From the NCBI GenBank assembly GCA_016185845.1, contig JACPMV010000046.1, positions 1 through 56,374 on the forward strand: a stretch of 56,374 bases of DNA, in the 5' to 3' direction. The position numbers were made by a program, and so were the translations under genes. Below, piece by piece: positions 53,682 through 56,374 of this stretch (position 1 is its first letter; every line of letters begins with the position of its first letter). The stretch comes from Candidatus Woesearchaeota archaeon. Lineage in GTDB: Archaea; Nanobdellota; Nanobdellia; Woesearchaeales; GW2011-AR4. The notes beneath the pieces are model-generated. The model saw only the letters and a program-made list of their open reading frames with translations. It had not been told where the DNA came from and ran no database searches.

Positions 53682-56374
53682 CTACATGCAAAGGCCCCAG
53701 CCGCATCCCGGGCAGTGCAAACATCCTTCTTTCAGCTCAACCAAAGTATTGCACTCAGGGCAGTTCTTGATTGTTGCTTTTGTCATTGGCCTTTCTGTTT
53801 TTTGATTGCCGTTGTTCGCATACACCAAGCCATGCCCGGCTTCCTTTACTGCTTTTGCCGGCTGAGGAGTTTCTGCTTTTGCCTCCTGCTTGTGCTCTTT
53901 AGCGCTTGGCGCAACTAAAACCTGGTCCTTGATGCTGGAATCCCTGAATACTGTTACATCCTTGCATCCGAGCCTGTAAGCCATGATATATGAGTCCCTC
54001 ATGTGCTCCAAGGTGGCATCTGCGGGGAAATTGTTTGTCTTTGAAATGGAAGAATCCACCCATCTCTGGAATGCTGCCAGCGCCCTTATATGGTCTTCAG
54101 GAGTTATGTCCATTGCAGTGACCAATGCCTTTCTTATCTTTTCAGGTATGTAATCAATGTTTTGGATGCTGCCGCGATGCTTGTTTATGTCTTCCAGCAC
54201 TTTCTCGTTGAACAGCCCTTCTTCCCTCAGGACTTTCTCAGCTGCAGGGTCAATGTAGAAGAAGCTGCCGACCTTGACATTCTTCTCGAATACAACTGAA
54301 TACACTGGCTCCATTCCGGAAGAGCAGCCTGCAATCATTGAGATGCTTCCTGTAGGGGCGATTATAGTTGTGTAGCCGTTCCTTATTCCGTATTTTTTCA
54401 TGTCCTGGCTTATCTTGTCCCAGTTGAATCCATTAAGGCTTCCTTCCTCTGGGCCTTTTATAGGATGCCTTCCGTCCTTGTAGAAGCTCTTGCTGTAATA
54501 AGGCAGGTTGCCCCTTAATTGGGCAAGTTTTATGCTTTCCACCTTGCTCCAGTAAGCGATGAATTCCATCAGCTTTTCCATGAACTGCCTTCCTTCATCT
54601 GTGTTGTAAGGCAGCTTAAGCTCGTACAATAGGTTTGCAACGCCCATTACTCCCAGGCCAACCTTTCTTGTGCTCAGGCTCATTTCTTCTATGGATTTCA
54701 GAGGGAAATTATTTACATCTATGACATTATCAAGGAACCTTGTGCAGCTCATCACAACTTCTTTTAAGCCGTCCCAGTCAACTGTTGTCTCTCCGGTTTC
54801 CTCGTCCTTTTTTGCGAATGCCCACACGTTTATGGAGCCAAGATTGCACGGCTCATTTGGATAAAGGAGGACTTCGCCGCAATTATGCACTACTAGTCCA
54901 TTGGCTATGAAAGAATGGGTTGATGGCTCGGTTATATCATATACCTCTTTTTTACCAACATATTCAACAGATTTAACACTATCAACAAAATATTCTTCAT
55001 AAAATTTGAATTTATTTAATTTTAAAGCTTTTTCTTTCAATTTGCTATGTATAAAACCTATCTTATCAGCAAATCTTGGTACGTTTTCTTTACTTACATT
55101 TAACTCGTAGTTTGTGCCAGAGGTCTTATATATTACAAGCTCTCCTTTAGCATTTGTATATTTGAATTCTTTGGGCTTAGTCGAGCGGTTGTATATTGAA
55201 CTCCGTATTCCCAAATTCAATAAAAGCAGCTGTACATCTTTCAAGAGCTTTGTCGAGCTTGAGTTTAGTCTTATATAATTTCTGCTTTCCTTACTCAATC
55301 CTATTGTGCCGTCTGCAGCAAAGAGCCCTTGCAAGAATCCGATAACTGCTTCTTCAGTTGCGGTGAATAAAGCATTTGGGACGCATCTCTGTTCAGTTAC
55401 GCCAAGATTCTTAAAATATTTTACTACATACTTGCTTGCGCTTCTTAGCTGGATGCATTTATTTTCATACATTACTTCCTTAACTTCCCTATTGCAATAT
55501 CTCTCAAAAATAGGCTTTAGTACCTCCTTGATTTCTTTGTCCTCAGGCGCAAAAACCAAACCCATTGAATTATACTTCTCACTTAACCAGCCATCGCCTG
55601 TAAGCCATCCGAGCAATAGCCCAAGCTCCCTGCTCCATTTGGTTGGAAGGTTTAAAGTGTATGTCCTTCCATTCTCTCCAACCACCCTATTTTCTACTTT
55701 AAATTGCATTTCTGTATTTTTGTTGAAATTGCCCTGTCCAGATTGCAGGAATACGGAGTCTTCACCGGTCAATTGCCCTACTTCTTTCCAGCCATTATCA
55801 GTAAGCACCCTATGGTCAGCTGTTGCTACTATTTCATAGCCTGATTTTGTAGTAAGTTTATACGCATCCTTTACACCTGTTTTTATTATTTGCTCAGCTT
55901 CTACATTCTTGCATCCTTTTTGAATCATCAACAGATTTTTTCCTGTAGATTCAGTCCTTACATCAACTATTATGTTTTTGGTCTTAATAGAATCTATTCT
56001 TTCCAAGCCATTTTCTGTTGAAATTAAAGTATCGCCTGCAACGCATGGATTTGTAGTCACAATCGGCCCAAGATGCTCATAGAATGGATTGTAGTCATTC
56101 ACCTTGTCGAAGAATATTACTCCTGGCTCTGCCGATTCCCATGCCTGATAGACTATCTTGTCAAACAGGGCTCTTGGGCTTACATGCTTTACAACTTTCC
56201 CGTCTTTTGGATTTACTAATGGGTAGGGCTCATCAGCCTCATAATACTTCCAGAAATCACCCATTATCAATACGCTTATGTTGAAATTCCTCAATGCCTT
56301 ATTGCCGTCTTTTGCTGTTATGAATTTTTCAATGTCAGGGTGGTTTGAATTCAAGATGCCCATATTTGCCCCCC
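53682..56374 (-). CDS. nrdJ: Class II ribonucleotide reductase with an intein and a C-terminal zinc ribbon; the N-terminus lies beyond the window edge
   Basis: GANMGILN at the window edge. TTNP|intein|CGEVLLYPNEPCNLGSINV, IIAPTGSIS, and a C-terminal CPEC..CLHCPGC. The reading frame is open to position 56374. Confidence 0.9.
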   Translation of the reverse strand, partial: GANMGILNSNHPDIEKFITAKDGNKALRNFNISVLIMGDFWKYYEADEPYPLVNPKDGKVVKHVSPRALFDKIVYQAWESAEPGVIFFDKVNDYNPFYEHLGPIVTTNPCVAGDTLISTENGLERIDSIKTKNIIVDVRTESTGKNLLMIQKGCKNVEAEQIIKTGVKDAYKLTTKSGYEIVATADHRVLTDNGWKEVGQLTGEDSVFLQSGQGNFNKNTEMQFKVENRVVGENGRTYTLNLPTKWSRELGLLLGWLTGDGWLSEKYNSMGLVFAPEDKEIKEVLKPIFERYCNREVKEVMYENKCIQLRSASKYVVKYFKNLGVTEQRCVPNALFTATEEAVIGFLQGLFAADGTIGLSKESRNYIRLNSSSTKLLKDVQLLLLNLGIRSSIYNRSTKPKEFKYTNAKGELVIYKTSGTNYELNVSKENVPRFADKIGFIHSKLKEKALKLNKFKFYEEYFVDSVKSVEYVGKKEVYDITEPSTHSFIANGLVVHNCGEVLLYPNEPCNLGSINVWAFAKKDEETGETTVDWDGLKEVVMSCTRFLDNVIDVNNFPLKSIEEMSLSTRKVGLGVMGVANLLYELKLPYNTDEGRQFMEKLMEFIAYWSKVESIKLAQLRGNLPYYSKSFYKDGRHPIKGPEEGSLNGFNWDKISQDMKKYGIRNGYTTIIAPTGSISMIAGCSSGMEPVYSVVFEKNVKVGSFFYIDPAAEKVLREEGLFNEKVLEDINKHRGSIQNIDYIPEKIRKALVTAMDITPEDHIRALAAFQRWVDSSISKTNNFPADATLEHMRDSYIMAYRLGCKDVTVFRDSSIKDQVLVAPSAKEHKQEAKAETPQPAKAVKEAGHGLVYANNGNQKTERPMTKATIKNCPECNTLVELKEGCLHCPGCGWGLCM
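54882..56045 (-). mobile_element. 388-aa intein with a LAGLIDADG homing endonuclease domain, inserted at the catalytic Cys of NrdJ
   Basis: Block A CVAGDTLIS, block B GYEIVATADHRVLT, LAGLIDADG motifs LLGWLTGDGWL and FLQGLFAADGTIG, block F VYDITEPSTHSFIANG, block G LVVHN followed by the +1 Cys. Confidence 0.9.

Overview
This is a low-GC, gene-dense archaeal chromosome segment. Archaeal markers include RNA polymerase subunit L/Rpo11, an XerA-type recombinase, a PAC2 proteasome chaperone, a RecJ/GAN-like DHH nuclease, Ogg2 and a class II RNR with a LAGLIDADG intein. The small-genome, DPANN-like style is inference only. I found no rRNA, tRNA or CRISPR.

Content in order:
- 0.1-6.4 kb: nine co-directional genes form an extracytoplasmic thiol-disulfide island (TlpA-like thioredoxin, CcdA, a triple-Trx protein). 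Two adjacent proteins in it end in the same LPSMVGGC tail.
- 6.7-11.9 kb: housekeeping genes (RecJ-like, UppS, RpoL, a methyltransferase).
- 11.9-16 kb: a strictly 11-bp-phased repeat array lies upstream of two coiled-coil/HTH genes, followed by XerA and an HNH nuclease.
- 16.5-17.4 kb: a gene-free gap of about 890 bp.
- 17.4-21 kb: PAC2 and proBAC.
- 21-22.5 kb: an AbiE-like toxin-antitoxin cassette is bracketed by a duplicated proC 5' end. The orphan copy is split by a 134-bp palindromic insert.
- 22.6-34.9 kb: this is the most unusual locus. A translationally coupled operon of five genes (Arch-ATPase/DUF234, a polytopic membrane protein and three 590-744 aa orphan proteins) is transcribed divergently from a tandem array of four paralogous membrane proteins. 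Three of those are preceded by overlapping ribbon-helix-helix genes. The two operons share a control region with repeated TATACC-N-GGTATA palindromes.
- 34.9-56.4 kb: a B12-related theme (a signal-less BtuF-like protein, CobA/BtuR and two NrdJ paralogs, one of them intein-bearing), a TrxB/Bcp/FNR redox operon, three VapBC pairs, a split PEP-utilising enzyme pair, a base-excision repair operon, M17 aminopeptidase and an MFS transporter.

All functional calls come from motifs read by eye in the supplied translations. No database search was run.
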